Below are positions 19,860-30,252 of a stretch of DNA of 45,059 nucleotides, in pieces (the stretch's first letter is position 1; every line of letters begins with the position of its first letter). Under the pieces are notes generated by a model. It saw only the letters and a list, made by a program, of their open reading frames with translations. It made no database searches and had not been told where the DNA came from. The DNA is from an uncultured Alphaproteobacteria bacterium (lineage in GTDB: Bacteria; Pseudomonadota; Alphaproteobacteria; CAAHEQ01; UBA3637). The position numbers and the translations under genes were made by a program. The DNA is taken from the NCBI GenBank assembly GCA_944391585.1, contig CALXUD010000003.1, forward strand, positions 1 through 45,059, written 5' to 3'.

Positions 19860-22217
19860 TTAAGCTCGTAATTCAGCACCGGTATTTTTCTTAACCAAAT
19901 TGATGATTTGTGTAGACAAAATTTCAATATCTTGGTCGGTTAATGTTTTATCCATTGGCTGAATTGTGACTTTGACAGCTAATTGTTTTTTACCTGCCGG
20001 TAATTTATCTCCGACATAAACGTCAAAAATAACGGCGTCTGTGATTTTTTCTTTATCTACCGAACGAATAGCAGATAAAACTTTGGCAGCCTCAACGTGT
20101 TTATCCATCACAAAAGCGAAATCACGTGTTAAAGGCATTAAATTAGATAATTTAAGTGGCTTTTGAGTTTTTGATTTCGTTTTTGCTTGTGGAATGTTAT
20201 CAATATAGATTTCAAATCCGACAACCGGTGTTTTAATCCCTAAATCTTTTAAAATTGCTGGATGGATTTCTCCAAAGTAGGCTAACACATTTTTTCCAAG
20301 ACATAAACTGCCCGAACGTCCTGGATGATACCAAGACGGTGCTTTGACAAATACTTGTGTTTGTGGAGCATCCATACTCTCTAATGCGGCTAAAGCATCA
20401 GCTTTAGCGTCAAAGACATCTACAACCCGTTCTGTTTGAGCCCAATGTTTTGTGGTAAAGTCCCCAGCGCGGATGCCCGCTGCCACTAGGCGTTGCTCCG
20501 TTGGTTTTGTGGAGTAGAATTCCGGTCCGACCTCAAATAATTGAACATCTTGGATGCCGCGATCTTGATTGTGTTTAACAGCGATCAATAAATTAGGAAT
20601 CAACGAAGGACGCATTTCATCTAAATCCGAAGCAATCGGGTTAGCAATTTTTATGCCTTTGCTGTCAAATTTGGCGGCTAATTTTGAATCCATGAAAGAC
20701 CATGTCATGACCTGATTTAATCCACGACTGGCTAATGCTCGTCGTACGGCAACTTCTCGCTTTTGGCGTGGCAATAGAATAGATGTTGGCAATTTATTTG
20801 CCCGTAAGGTTAAAGTTGGTAGTTCTTCCAATCCGTTAATGCGCACAATTTCTTCCACAATATCTGCAGAGCAAGAAACATCATTAGATCGCCAAGACGG
20901 AACTGATAATGTATTCCCATTTACTTTAAAGCCTAACTTTTCCAAAATAGAAACCATTTTTTCTTGTGGAATATCCATACCTGTTAAGCGTTTAACCTGA
21001 TTCCAATCAAATTCTATTTCCCTTTTCCAGTTAGGTTCTTGACCGGCAATAACCAATTCAGAAGCTTCTCCACCGCAAATATCTAAAATTAAGCGGGTCG
21101 CAATTTCGTTCCCCATGATGCAACTGGCTGGATCAATGCCACGTTCGAAACGTTGACGGGAATCAGATTCAGCATTCAAAATACGACCTGTTTTGGCAAT
21201 AGAAATAGGTTCAAAATAAGCCGACTCTAAAAAGACATTCACTGTATCTTTAGAACAACAAGTCGGGACACCACCCATAACACCGGCAATACTTTGAGCT
21301 CCAGCTTCATCAGCAATTACGGTCATACCTTCAGATAAGGTATAGGATTTATCATCCAATGCATCTAATTTTTCACCATTTTTTGCCGAACGAACGGTAA
21401 TATTTCCTGTTAATTTATCGGCATCAAAGACGTGTAATGGTCGGCATTCGCCGATATTGAGATAATTCGTAATATCTACTAATGCTGAAATAGGACGTAG
21501 ACCGGCGGCAATCAAAGATTCTTTCATCCAATCCGGACTTTCTACATTTTTCACTCCCTTTATATAACGTCCAACGAATTGTGGGCAATTCTGATCTGTA
21601 ATTTGAACTGAAATAGGAGATTTAAAAGAACCTGTAATTGGTTCCACATCATTAGATATATAAGATCCAATGCCTGTTGCTGACAAATCACGAGCAATTC
21701 CTTTAACACCAAAACAATCTCCACGATTTGGTGTGACATTAACATCAAATACAACATCTGATTTCAATGCTTCCGCTACGGATGTCCCCGCGGGTAAATC
21801 TGTTTTTAAATCAATAATTCCCGTATGATCTTCACCAATGCACAATTCGTCTTCAGCGCACATCATACCTTGGCTTTCAATGCCGCGAATTTTACCTTTT
21901 TCTAATTTTTCATTATATTTTGGGATTAAAACCCCCGGTAATGCCAAAACGGACTTCATTCCAACATAACAATTGGGAGCCCCACAAACAATTTGTAGCA
22001 TTTCCTTTCCTGTCCAAACCTGCAAAAGGTTTAATTTATCTGCATTTGGATGTTTTTCAACATTTTTAATTTCACCGATGATGAAATCTTTTAATTGTTC
22101 TGTCGGATTGATGATTTCCTCCACTTCTAATCCGATAGAGGTTAATTTATCGGCAATTTCATTTGGAGTTGCATTTGTTTCCAAGTATTTTTTTAGCCAT
22201 GTTAAAGATAGTTTCAT
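19860..22217 (-). CDS. pheT: Phenylalanine--tRNA ligase beta subunit
   Basis: MKLSLTWL, HPNADKL, IVCGAPN, TPNRGDC, RFERGID, HPGRS, RDFAFV. Confidence 0.98.
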   Translation of the reverse strand: MKLSLTWLKKYLETNATPNEIADKLTSIGLEVEEIINPTEQLKDFIIGEIKNVEKHPNADKLNLLQVWTGKEMLQIVCGAPNCYVGMKSVLALPGVLIPKYNEKLEKGKIRGIESQGMMCAEDELCIGEDHTGIIDLKTDLPAGTSVAEALKSDVVFDVNVTPNRGDCFGVKGIARDLSATGIGSYISNDVEPITGSFKSPISVQITDQNCPQFVGRYIKGVKNVESPDWMKESLIAAGLRPISALVDITNYLNIGECRPLHVFDADKLTGNITVRSAKNGEKLDALDDKSYTLSEGMTVIADEAGAQSIAGVMGGVPTCCSKDTVNVFLESAYFEPISIAKTGRILNAESDSRQRFERGIDPASCIMGNEIATRLILDICGGEASELVIAGQEPNWKREIEFDWNQVKRLTGMDIPQEKMVSILEKLGFKVNGNTLSVPSWRSNDVSCSADIVEEIVRINGLEELPTLTLRANKLPTSILLPRQKREVAVRRALASRGLNQVMTWSFMDSKLAAKFDSKGIKIANPIASDLDEMRPSLIPNLLIAVKHNQDRGIQDVQLFEVGPEFYSTKPTEQRLVAAGIRAGDFTTKHWAQTERVVDVFDAKADALAALESMDAPQTQVFVKAPSWYHPGRSGSLCLGKNVLAYFGEIHPAILKDLGIKTPVVGFEIYIDNIPQAKTKSKTQKPLKLSNLMPLTRDFAFVMDKHVEAAKVLSAIRSVDKEKITDAVIFDVYVGDKLPAGKKQLAVKVTIQPMDKTLTDQDIEILSTQIINLVKKNTGAELRA

Positions 22218-22234
22218 TTTAATCCTCTTTTATC

Positions 22235-23308
22235 TTATTTTTTAGAACCGGCTGTTAAACTGAGTCCACTGGTAATTGTGGGAATATCGGTTGGTAAAAA
22301 GCCATAATGTTTAATCCAGCGCATATCAGCGTCAAACATATTACGCAAATCGGGAATGCCATATTTTAACATTGCAAACCGATCAATCCCGCAACCAAAA
22401 GCGAAACCCTGATATTCATTTGGATCAATACCGCAGTTTTTTAGCACATTTGGATGTACCATACCACACCCCAGTAATTCAATCCATTCTTTACCAATGG
22501 ATTTTGCTAAACTACCGCCGACATCTGCTTCATAGGAAGGCTCCGTAAATGGGAAGAAAGAAGGTCGAAAGCGTAGTTTGACATCATCCGTTTCAAAGAA
22601 AAGCTTTAAAAATTCCTCTAAAACACCTTTTAAATGAGCCAGATTTGTTGTCTTGTCAATCACTAAACCTTCAATTTGGTGGAACATAGGTGTGTGTGTA
22701 GCATCATAATCAACTCGATAAACTCGTCCCGGAGCCACAATTTTTATTGGCGGTTTTTTATTTTCCATTGTCCTGATTTGAACACCGGAAGTGTGAGTGC
22801 GCAAAATTTTGTCTGAATCTCCTTCCATGAAGAAAGTCGCTTGCATTTGACGAGCAGGGTGAGAAGGGGGGATATTTAAAGCCTCAAAATTATGCCAATC
22901 GTCTTCAATATCAGGACCTTCAGCTAAATCAAACCCCATTTGGGCAAAAATTGTGAGCATTTCTTCCATCACTTGAGAAACCGGATGAATTCGGCCGACG
23001 GAATTTGGACGAACGGGTAGTGTTACATCCACTTTTTGGGAAGCTAATTTAGCGTTCATTTCTGCTTCTTCTAACTTTTTCTTTTTGGCTTCCAGTGTAT
23101 TTGCAATTTCAGTTTTAAAAACATTCAGAACTTGTCCAGCTTGTTTTTTTTCTTCAACAGGAAGGGTTCCCAATTCTTTCATTAAAACGGTAATTGCACC
23201 ATTTTTACCGAGAGCGGCTACTCGGATTTCGTCCAAAGCAGTTAAATTGTTAGCTTGTTCAATTTTTTGCAAAAGATCTGGTTTTAAAGTATTTATTTTA
23301 TTTTGCAT
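22235..23308 (-). CDS. pheS: Phenylalanine--tRNA ligase alpha subunit
   Basis: HPARQMQ, LRTHTS, DATHTPMFHQIEGL, FRPSFFPFTEPS, GFAFG.GIDR. Confidence 0.98.
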   Translation of the reverse strand: MQNKINTLKPDLLQKIEQANNLTALDEIRVAALGKNGAITVLMKELGTLPVEEKKQAGQVLNVFKTEIANTLEAKKKKLEEAEMNAKLASQKVDVTLPVRPNSVGRIHPVSQVMEEMLTIFAQMGFDLAEGPDIEDDWHNFEALNIPPSHPARQMQATFFMEGDSDKILRTHTSGVQIRTMENKKPPIKIVAPGRVYRVDYDATHTPMFHQIEGLVIDKTTNLAHLKGVLEEFLKLFFETDDVKLRFRPSFFPFTEPSYEADVGGSLAKSIGKEWIELLGCGMVHPNVLKNCGIDPNEYQGFAFGCGIDRFAMLKYGIPDLRNMFDADMRWIKHYGFLPTDIPTITSGLSLTAGSKK

Positions 23309-23409
23309 GTTTACATTCCTCTTTTTTATCAGATTTCACCTATATAGCATATTTTTTTTTGAAAAAAAAGATGTTTTTAAAGCTTCTGCTCGCAATTAAA
23401 ATAAAAATG

Positions 23410-23438
23410 TTGACAAAATTAAAAAGAGAGTGTATATT
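23410..23438 (+). promoter_or_regulatory. Sigma70 promoter of the orphan insert
   Basis: TTGACA-17 bp-TATATT, followed by AAGGAG before ATG 23471. Confidence 0.75.
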
Positions 23439-23470
23439 AAAGTTAATCATTTAAGAAAAGGAGATCTGAA

Positions 23471-24034
23471 ATGAAATTTGTGCAAGAAAATATATCCGAA
23501 CCAAAATCAGTAGAGCAAAGTGTTTTGGAACAACCAAAAGAACCAGAGCAATCTCAAGCGCCTGAAAATAAGCCGGAATCTAAATTGCCTGAACAAAAAA
23601 ATTCTAAAAAGATAGGCTGTTTAGGACTGGGATATCATGTATTGATTGGGTTGGCTGTTTTGGGGGTGATTTTTTCTGCCTATGATCAAGAAAAACGAAT
23701 TGATGAATTGAAAGCTCAAAATGCGACATTAAAAAACAATCAAAACTTATTAGATAAGAAAAATGCTGAATTAGAGCAAAAAATTTCTGAAAATTTAGAA
23801 CATTTAACTGAAATGTATACATGGGGAAAAACTGTTAATCAAAAAAATAAAGAATTAAATGAAAAAGTAAAGGTTTTAGAAAATACCAATTCTACTATGA
23901 TGAAAAAAATCCAAAAATTAGAACAACAGTTGGATGAAAACAATAAGAAGAAAATTCGTGTAAAAATCGGTGACCAAAATTATACAATTTCCGATATGAA
24001 ATTGAAAATTCAGGAACAACGAGTTAAAGAATAA
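23471..24034 (+). CDS. Hypothetical membrane-anchored coiled-coil protein
   Basis: E/Q/P/K-rich N-terminus, one hydrophobic helix (VLIGLAVLGVIFSA), heptad-rich K/E/N/L region. Confidence 0.85.
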   Translation: MKFVQENISEPKSVEQSVLEQPKEPEQSQAPENKPESKLPEQKNSKKIGCLGLGYHVLIGLAVLGVIFSAYDQEKRIDELKAQNATLKNNQNLLDKKNAELEQKISENLEHLTEMYTWGKTVNQKNKELNEKVKVLENTNSTMMKKIQKLEQQLDENNKKKIRVKIGDQNYTISDMKLKIQEQRVKE

Positions 24035-24044
24035 AGAACTTAGA

Positions 24045-24610
24045 ATGGCAATTATAGATCGTATTGGGTATTATACCGTTTTTTGAAGATGGATATATTG
24101 TTAAGGGAAAAGAATGGTATCCATTGGTTACAAAAAGCGATTGTCAGTAAATATGATTCCTGAGCCGGTGCAACCGGACCCAACATATGTAGTAACGGAA
24201 CGTAATATCTGGGGCAGGTTATTGATGAATATCCGGCGTGTTATGATGCGGAAGCTATTCAAGAATATCGTTTAAAATGTTCAGTTGTAAGAGAGTTAAA
24301 CAAAAAAAGACAGGAAGCCCGTCAAAAAGCTTTGAAAGAATTTAAAAAATATCGTCAAAACCGCTTGAAAGAAGTTCAAAAAGCTTATCTTTTACAAGAA
24401 AAAAAGAAATGTATGGCTGAAAAAGCTTATCGCAATCGTGTTTCTAAACGTTATAAGGAATATAAAGCTTATATGGCAACGCAGTCTAAAACATTTAATG
24501 TATTCGGTATGAAAATAACTTATACCCCGAAAAAAGTTGCACCAAAAGCAAAGGTGATTCAAAAAAGAGTTATTAAAGCTTTTGGCCGATCTATTGAGAT
24601 TGAACGTTAA
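24045..24610 (+). pseudogene. Frameshifted hypothetical gene (basic, helical C-terminal half)
   Basis: The frame of ORF 24332-24610 is open back to 24206 without a start; upstream fragments from ATG 24045 and ATG 24114 can be joined through single-base indels in short homopolymer runs. Confidence 0.55.
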
Positions 24611-24651
24611 ATTAAGAACACCTTTTAAAGACGTTTTTTATTACATATCAA

Positions 24652-24678
24652 AAATGCCCTTTTTAAAAAAGGGCATTT
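24652..24678 (-). terminator. Terminator after rplT (possibly bidirectional)
   Basis: AAATGCCCTTTTT-AAAAAAGGGCATTT inverted repeat. Confidence 0.75.
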
Positions 24679-24701
24679 ATTTTATCGGCTTAAAAAAATA
24701 A

Positions 24702-25055
24702 TTATAAAGCGGATTTTGCTTTTTCAACCAAAGCTTGGAAAGCTTTTTTATCATTGACAGCTAATTCTGCTAAAACTTTACGATCTAAAGCAATTCCGGC
24801 CTTTAATAAGCCATTAATGAATTTGGAATAAACCAAACCATTTTCACGAACAGCCGCATTAATACGAACAATCCACAACTGGCGGATTTCGGATTTTTTC
24901 TTCCGACGATCGCGATAGGCATATTGTAAGCCTTTTTCCACTTTTTGTTTTGCAACGGTATACACTTTGGAATTACGTCCACGGTATCCTTTTGCCATTT
25001 TTAAAATTTTATTATGTTTTGCACGAACTGTCGTGCCGCGTTTTACTCTAGCCAT
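24702..25055 (-). CDS. rplT: 50S ribosomal protein L20
   Basis: [35 protein letters not shown]. Confidence 0.99.
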   Translation of the reverse strand: MARVKRGTTVRAKHNKILKMAKGYRGRNSKVYTVAKQKVEKGLQYAYRDRRKKKSEIRQLWIVRINAAVRENGLVYSKFINGLLKAGIALDRKVLAELAVNDKKAFQALVEKAKSAL

Positions 25056-25067
25056 TTCAACGTCTCC

Positions 25068-25262
25068 TTATCCGTGCATAAATCTGATAACTGTTTTAAA
25101 GTTGGTGTCATCTAAAATAGCTCCACCACGTGCTTGCCGTTTCATTTTCGGCGTTTTGCACAATAAACAGTGACGTTTATAGGCAGTTGTTCTTTTGATT
25201 TTACCGGTTCCGGTTAATTTAAACCGTTTTTTGACGGCACTTTTTGTTTTTAATTTAGGCAT
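25068..25262 (-). CDS. rpmI: 50S ribosomal protein L35
   Basis: MPKLKTKSAVKKRFKLTGTGK; directly upstream of rplT. Confidence 0.98.
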   Translation of the reverse strand: MPKLKTKSAVKKRFKLTGTGKIKRTTAYKRHCLLCKTPKMKRQARGGAILDDTNFKTVIRFMHG

Positions 25263-25339
25263 TTTCTTATCCTTTGTTATAAGTTTAATCACGACCGTGA
25301 AGGCAGCCTTTTATGAGCCTTTTTGGTCAACGAGTGTCT

Positions 25340-25368
25340 CTTATACAGAAAAATGATTGATTTGTCAA
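25340..25368 (-). promoter_or_regulatory. Promoter of rpmI-rplT
   Basis: TTGACA-17 bp-TATAAG. Confidence 0.7.
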
Positions 25369-25440
25369 GCGTTTTTTGAAAAATAAAACTGGATTTTTAT
25401 TGGATTTGCTCTTATAGTGAAAAAAAGAAAGGATAATCCC

Positions 25441-25641
25441 ATGACAAACGAAGAACGTATCACAGAATTAGAAATGGCTGTTGCTGAAATACAAAAAATG
25501 ATTGATGATTTAAATGCGGAATCAGTGCGTCAGGCTCAAGTGATGATGAGATTAGAGCAAGATTGCAAAAATTTGCGCTTATTGGTGGATGAGGGGGTTG
25601 TCAAACCATTATCGGAAGAAACTCCCCCACCCCATTATTAA
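25441..25641 (+). CDS. slyX: SlyX family protein
   Basis: ERITELEM..A...IDDLN coiled coil and terminal PPPHY. Confidence 0.92.
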   Translation: MTNEERITELEMAVAEIQKMIDDLNAESVRQAQVMMRLEQDCKNLRLLVDEGVVKPLSEETPPPHY

Positions 25642-25663
25642 AGAATAGCATTCCTCAATCAAA

Positions 25664-28192
25664 TCATTTTAACATTCGTTCAATTGTTTCTTTGGCATTG
25701 ATTGATAAATTTTGTTGGCGAAGCAATGCTTCTAAAACAATTCGTGCTTGTTTTTGATTTGCTTCAGGGAATCTGTTATATCGGGCAAAAGCTGTTAACA
25801 AACGGGCAGACAAATGTGGATTCAATTTATCAATAAGAGCACATTGTTTTGCAAAAAACGCATATCCGCTACCGTCTATGTTATGAAACGCTTGCATATT
25901 GGTTGAAAACGCACCCAAAACGGCTCGTGCTTTATTGGGGTTTTTATAATCAAATTTAGGGTGTTGAATCAATTTTTGAACGATTTTTAAAGCCTCATCT
26001 GTCGGTGTTCTGGCTTGAAGTGCAAACCATTTATTAAGCACCAAATCATCTTTTTCATAGCGGTTATAAAAATCATTCAATGCTTCTTGTTTATGTGGTA
26101 AATCATTATTAATTAAAATAGCCAAAGCGCTTAAGCGGTCCGTTAGATTATCCGCCACTTGATATTGTGCATACACCATATCAGAGGCATCTGTTAGAGC
26201 TAAATAACTCAAAGCTACATTTTTAATGGCGCGTTTTGCTGCTGATTCTGTATCAGGAGAATAGGGAGCATCAGATTGATTATCATGATATAATTTTAAT
26301 AATTTATCTTTATATTGCTCCGCAAATGCTTGGCGCATGATTTTTCGAACGGATTGAATGGTTTGAATATCAATCACATCCATTTTGTCAGCTAACTCTT
26401 CTTCTGTCGGTAAACCGATTGCACGTGCCATAAAGGCTAAATCTAAACCCGGCTGAGAAAGATATCGCCCCATGATGTGAATCACATCTAAATTAGGTTG
26501 AGTGGCTTTTTGTTCAACCATTTCCAACATTTTATTCAACGCATACTGATGACCGATTTCATAGCGGTTAAACAAATCAGTATCATAAGTCATTAAACAA
26601 ATACGATCGCTGTCAGAATAGACAATATCCAAATCAATTGGTGCCGTGAAAAAACGGTTAATAGATAAGACTGGTTTTTGAGAGATATTTTCAAAAATAA
26701 ATTCTTGTTCTGACTTATCCAAAATAAGGGTGCCGTTTTTGATTTCTTTCCCTTCACTTGTCAATAAACCATAGAGCAGAGGGATCACAAACGGATCAGA
26801 AGATGTTTTATGGTATTGCTTTAGCAAAATCTTATAAATTTTTGTATTTTCGTCATAATCTGTAAAAACTTTTACGGTCGGTCGACCAGCGGTCGAATAC
26901 CATCTTTTAAACTGAGTTAAGTCTTTTCCGGAAGCATCTTCAATGGATTTTACGAACTCATCAATTGTTACAGCCTGTCCGTCATAACGTTTAAAATAGA
27001 GCGCGCACCCTTTCATGAAATTTTCAGAACCAACAATTGCTTTTTGCATCCGAATCAATTCAGCACCTTTCTCATAAACGGTACTGGTATAAAAATTTTC
27101 AATTTCTTGATAAGAATCTGGTCGCACGGGGTGAGCTAACGGACCATCATCTTCCGGAAATTGGGTAGCGCGTAAACCAATAACATCATCAATACGAGCA
27201 ACTGCGCGTGAACGTACGTCATAACTGAATTCCGAATCCCGGAAAACGGTGAAACCCTCTTTCAGCGATAAATCAAACCAATCCCGCAAGGTGACGCGAT
27301 CACCGGAATAGTTATGGAAGTATTCATGTGCAATCACGCGTTCAACATATTCAAAAGTGGCATCTGTTGCGGTATCTTTGCTGGCTAATAAAGCTGCATC
27401 ATTAAAAATATTTAATGATTTATTTTCCATAGCACCAGCATTGAAATGTGATACAGCCACAATGTTAAAGGAATCCAAATCATATTCTAATCCGAATACT
27501 TTTTCATCCCATGCCATGGCTTTTTTGATAGATTCCATTGCAAATATCAGTCTGTCTTTTTTGCCGCGTTCACAATATAATCCTAATTGCACCGTTTTAC
27601 CGGACATTGTTTTAAAAGTGTCATGGATAGAATCTAAGTTGCCGGCAACTAATGCAAATAAATAGCAAGGCTTATTAAAAGGATCTTCAAAAACAACCGT
27701 ATCTCCCTCATCTTTGATTTTATTCCCGTTTGATAATAAGACAGGATATTTTTTGCGATTTGCATGAATTGTTACAATGAATTTACTCGGGACATCTGAA
27801 TGGTCTGGATAATATGTGATATTACGAAATCCTTCCGGTTCACATTGGGTGCAAAACATTCCGTTTGACATATAAAGCCCCATTAATCGAGTATTTTCTT
27901 CAGGATTGATTTGAACTGTTGTTTCCAATTCAAAAGAAGATTTTGTTTTTAAAAGCGTTAAACTTTTATCATCCAATAAGTAGTCTGTTTTATCCAATAT
28001 TTGGCCATCCATTTTGACGTCCAACAGTGTCATATATTGTCCATTTAATAACAGGGGTTTTGTTGTATCTACTTTTTTGAAAAAAAGATTAGTTTTTACG
28101 ATGGTTTTTGTTGGGTTCAAGGTAAAATCCAATGCCGTTTTTTCCAACTGATAATGTGGTGCAACATAATCTTTGCGATATTTCAGTGTCAT
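25664..28192 (-). CDS. pepN: Aminopeptidase N (M1 family)
   Basis: TQCEPEGFR, GAMENK, HEYFHN...LKEGFT, TVYEKGAE, NPNKARA. Confidence 0.98.
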   Translation of the reverse strand: MTLKYRKDYVAPHYQLEKTALDFTLNPTKTIVKTNLFFKKVDTTKPLLLNGQYMTLLDVKMDGQILDKTDYLLDDKSLTLLKTKSSFELETTVQINPEENTRLMGLYMSNGMFCTQCEPEGFRNITYYPDHSDVPSKFIVTIHANRKKYPVLLSNGNKIKDEGDTVVFEDPFNKPCYLFALVAGNLDSIHDTFKTMSGKTVQLGLYCERGKKDRLIFAMESIKKAMAWDEKVFGLEYDLDSFNIVAVSHFNAGAMENKSLNIFNDAALLASKDTATDATFEYVERVIAHEYFHNYSGDRVTLRDWFDLSLKEGFTVFRDSEFSYDVRSRAVARIDDVIGLRATQFPEDDGPLAHPVRPDSYQEIENFYTSTVYEKGAELIRMQKAIVGSENFMKGCALYFKRYDGQAVTIDEFVKSIEDASGKDLTQFKRWYSTAGRPTVKVFTDYDENTKIYKILLKQYHKTSSDPFVIPLLYGLLTSEGKEIKNGTLILDKSEQEFIFENISQKPVLSINRFFTAPIDLDIVYSDSDRICLMTYDTDLFNRYEIGHQYALNKMLEMVEQKATQPNLDVIHIMGRYLSQPGLDLAFMARAIGLPTEEELADKMDVIDIQTIQSVRKIMRQAFAEQYKDKLLKLYHDNQSDAPYSPDTESAAKRAIKNVALSYLALTDASDMVYAQYQVADNLTDRLSALAILINNDLPHKQEALNDFYNRYEKDDLVLNKWFALQARTPTDEALKIVQKLIQHPKFDYKNPNKARAVLGAFSTNMQAFHNIDGSGYAFFAKQCALIDKLNPHLSARLLTAFARYNRFPEANQKQARIVLEALLRQQNLSINAKETIERMLK

Positions 28193-28860
28193 TTATTATC
28201 CTTTGCTTTCTTTTCTGCTTCTTTTAACTTTTGAATCCAAAAATTGGCTCGCTCAATGTTATAGGGAAATTCCCCATAGCCTCCCTTATAAATGGCAATC
28301 AAAGATTTCATGGCGTTAATCTGTCCTTTTTCGGCGGCCATTTCATAAACTTTAACAATTTTTCCAAACGGGACTTCATCCATATAGCCACGTTCAGCCC
28401 AAACACCCATAGCATAGAGTGCATCGGCATTACCGGCTTCGGCTGCCTGAATCATATAAATAATAGCCTTATCTCGATTTTCCGGGATTAAATCTCCCAC
28501 ATCATATAGTAAAGCAAGTTCATAGGCTGCACGGGTGGAACCCAAAAGTGCTGACTTTTCTAAAAAGCTTTCGGCTTTTTGAGGATTCCGATTAAATCCA
28601 TCACTTCCTTTTAAATATAAATTACCTAAATAATAAGAAGAAAGTTTTGAAATTAGAGTGTTATCAGATTTTGAAGCCATTAAAAAATAGCGTTCGGCTT
28701 TGTGCGGTTTATTTTGGCGTAAAAAGTCTAACGCTGTGTAAAGTTTGTTTTCCGGTGTCATGAAATAATCTTTGGCCGAAACATATCCGATAAAAACAAG
28801 ACTTAAAACGATCAAAGCAATCAATACATTGGAAATGGAAAAGATTTTTTTCAAATTCAT
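28189..28860 (-). CDS. Membrane-anchored Sel1-like repeat protein
   Basis: N-terminal TM; repeats YYLGNLYLKG, YELALLYDVG, YAMGVWAERG, AAEKG...A. Confidence 0.88.
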   Translation of the reverse strand: MNLKKIFSISNVLIALIVLSLVFIGYVSAKDYFMTPENKLYTALDFLRQNKPHKAERYFLMASKSDNTLISKLSSYYLGNLYLKGSDGFNRNPQKAESFLEKSALLGSTRAAYELALLYDVGDLIPENRDKAIIYMIQAAEAGNADALYAMGVWAERGYMDEVPFGKIVKVYEMAAEKGQINAMKSLIAIYKGGYGEFPYNIERANFWIQKLKEAEKKAKDNK

Positions 28861-28944
28861 CTCATTTTATCCTTTTCAAAAGTTATAAAAAAAGGTATGA
28901 TACCCACACAATTACAGTTCAATAATTTAATAGGAATTTTTGTT

Positions 28945-30252
28945 TTGTGCAAGTCTTTTTATTTTAAAAGCTATCATTTCGATTCTCAATCCGGTAATTT
29001 GATGTTGAATTATCAGATTGATGAGAAGTATCATTTTTCGGAACAGCTTGTTTTTCCAAAAGATTATGGGGTTTTATCCTCTGAAAAAGAAGCACTTTTA
29101 GAGCAAATTTTCTTTTTAACACATATTGCTTTTGGTATCAGTTATTATAAAGCTTTTTTACCAAAAAAAATTATTGTTGAATCCGGCCAATTATCGCAAG
29201 AGCAAGCTGCTTTTTTTGATAAATTATATTTAAATGGGTTAGGCGAATTTTCTGTTAAAAATGATGTGGATTTAGATATTCATTTTCCTTCTTCAACAAA
29301 AATATCTCATTCATTTAATTTACCTCTTTTAAAGCGGGCATTGATTCCGGTTGGTGGTGGAAAAGATTCTTGTGTGACCATTGAACTTGTTAAAAAGATA
29401 TCTGTGCCGGCTTCTTTAATTTCTATTGGTTGTCCCATGGCCATTGAAAACTGTGCTCAAAAATCTGGTTTAAAACATATTGTGATTCAGCGCACATTAG
29501 ATTCGTTATTGTTGGATTTAAACAAAAAAGGGAAAGTCTTGAATGGACACGTGCCGATTTCCGGTATTTTGGCGTTTGTTTTATGGGCGGCAGCTGTTTT
29601 ATATGATTATAGATATGTGGTGATGTCTTGTGAGCGTTCGGCAAATGTTGGTAATTTAACGCGCAAAGGTCTTAAAATCAATCATCAATATAGTAAATCA
29701 TTTGAATTTGAACGAGATTTTGATATAATAACTCGTACTATCACGCCAAATTTTCATTATTTTTCATTATTAAGACCGTTATCGGAGATTCATATTGCTC
29801 GGTTATTTTCCGAACGATGTGCGAATTATTTTGATGTTTTTACCAGTTGTAATAAGGCTTTCAAATTGGATGAAACAAAGCGATTAACACATTGGTGTGG
29901 ATGTTGTGATAAGTGTCGTTTTGTCTTTTTGATATTGGCTGTCTTTATACCAAAAGATAAATTGATTCAGATTTTTGGTTCCAATTTGTTGAATGATTGG
30001 ACGCAGTTAAATGGCTTTGAAGAATTGTTAGGTTTTTCCGGTCATAAGCCATTTGAATGTGTTGGTGAAATTGATGAATCTCGTTATGCAATGCAACAAT
30101 TGATTGATTATTCTGAATGGCAACAGGATAAAATTGTTTCGTATTTTAAAGAGAAGTTGAAGATGCCGCTTCAAGCAAATTTATTCAATGTATCAGATGA
30201 ACATTTAATTCCAGAGGTTTTCCAAGATGTGTTTAACAACTTTAAATCATAA
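28945..30252 (+). CDS. murL: UDP-MurNAc-L-Ala-L-Glu epimerase MurL
   Basis: GISYYKA, YLNGLGEF, PP-loop PVGGGKDS, NGHVP, NHQYSKS, FSLLRP.SE, FTSCN, WCG.C.KCRF, HKPFECVG; overlaps a murD-like gene. Start uncertain (ATG 28897, or TTG 28945 after AGGAA). Confidence 0.88.
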   Translation: MCKSFYFKSYHFDSQSGNLMLNYQIDEKYHFSEQLVFPKDYGVLSSEKEALLEQIFFLTHIAFGISYYKAFLPKKIIVESGQLSQEQAAFFDKLYLNGLGEFSVKNDVDLDIHFPSSTKISHSFNLPLLKRALIPVGGGKDSCVTIELVKKISVPASLISIGCPMAIENCAQKSGLKHIVIQRTLDSLLLDLNKKGKVLNGHVPISGILAFVLWAAAVLYDYRYVVMSCERSANVGNLTRKGLKINHQYSKSFEFERDFDIITRTITPNFHYFSLLRPLSEIHIARLFSERCANYFDVFTSCNKAFKLDETKRLTHWCGCCDKCRFVFLILAVFIPKDKLIQIFGSNLLNDWTQLNGFEELLGFSGHKPFECVGEIDESRYAMQQLIDYSEWQQDKIVSYFKEKLKMPLQANLFNVSDEHLIPEVFQDVFNNFKS

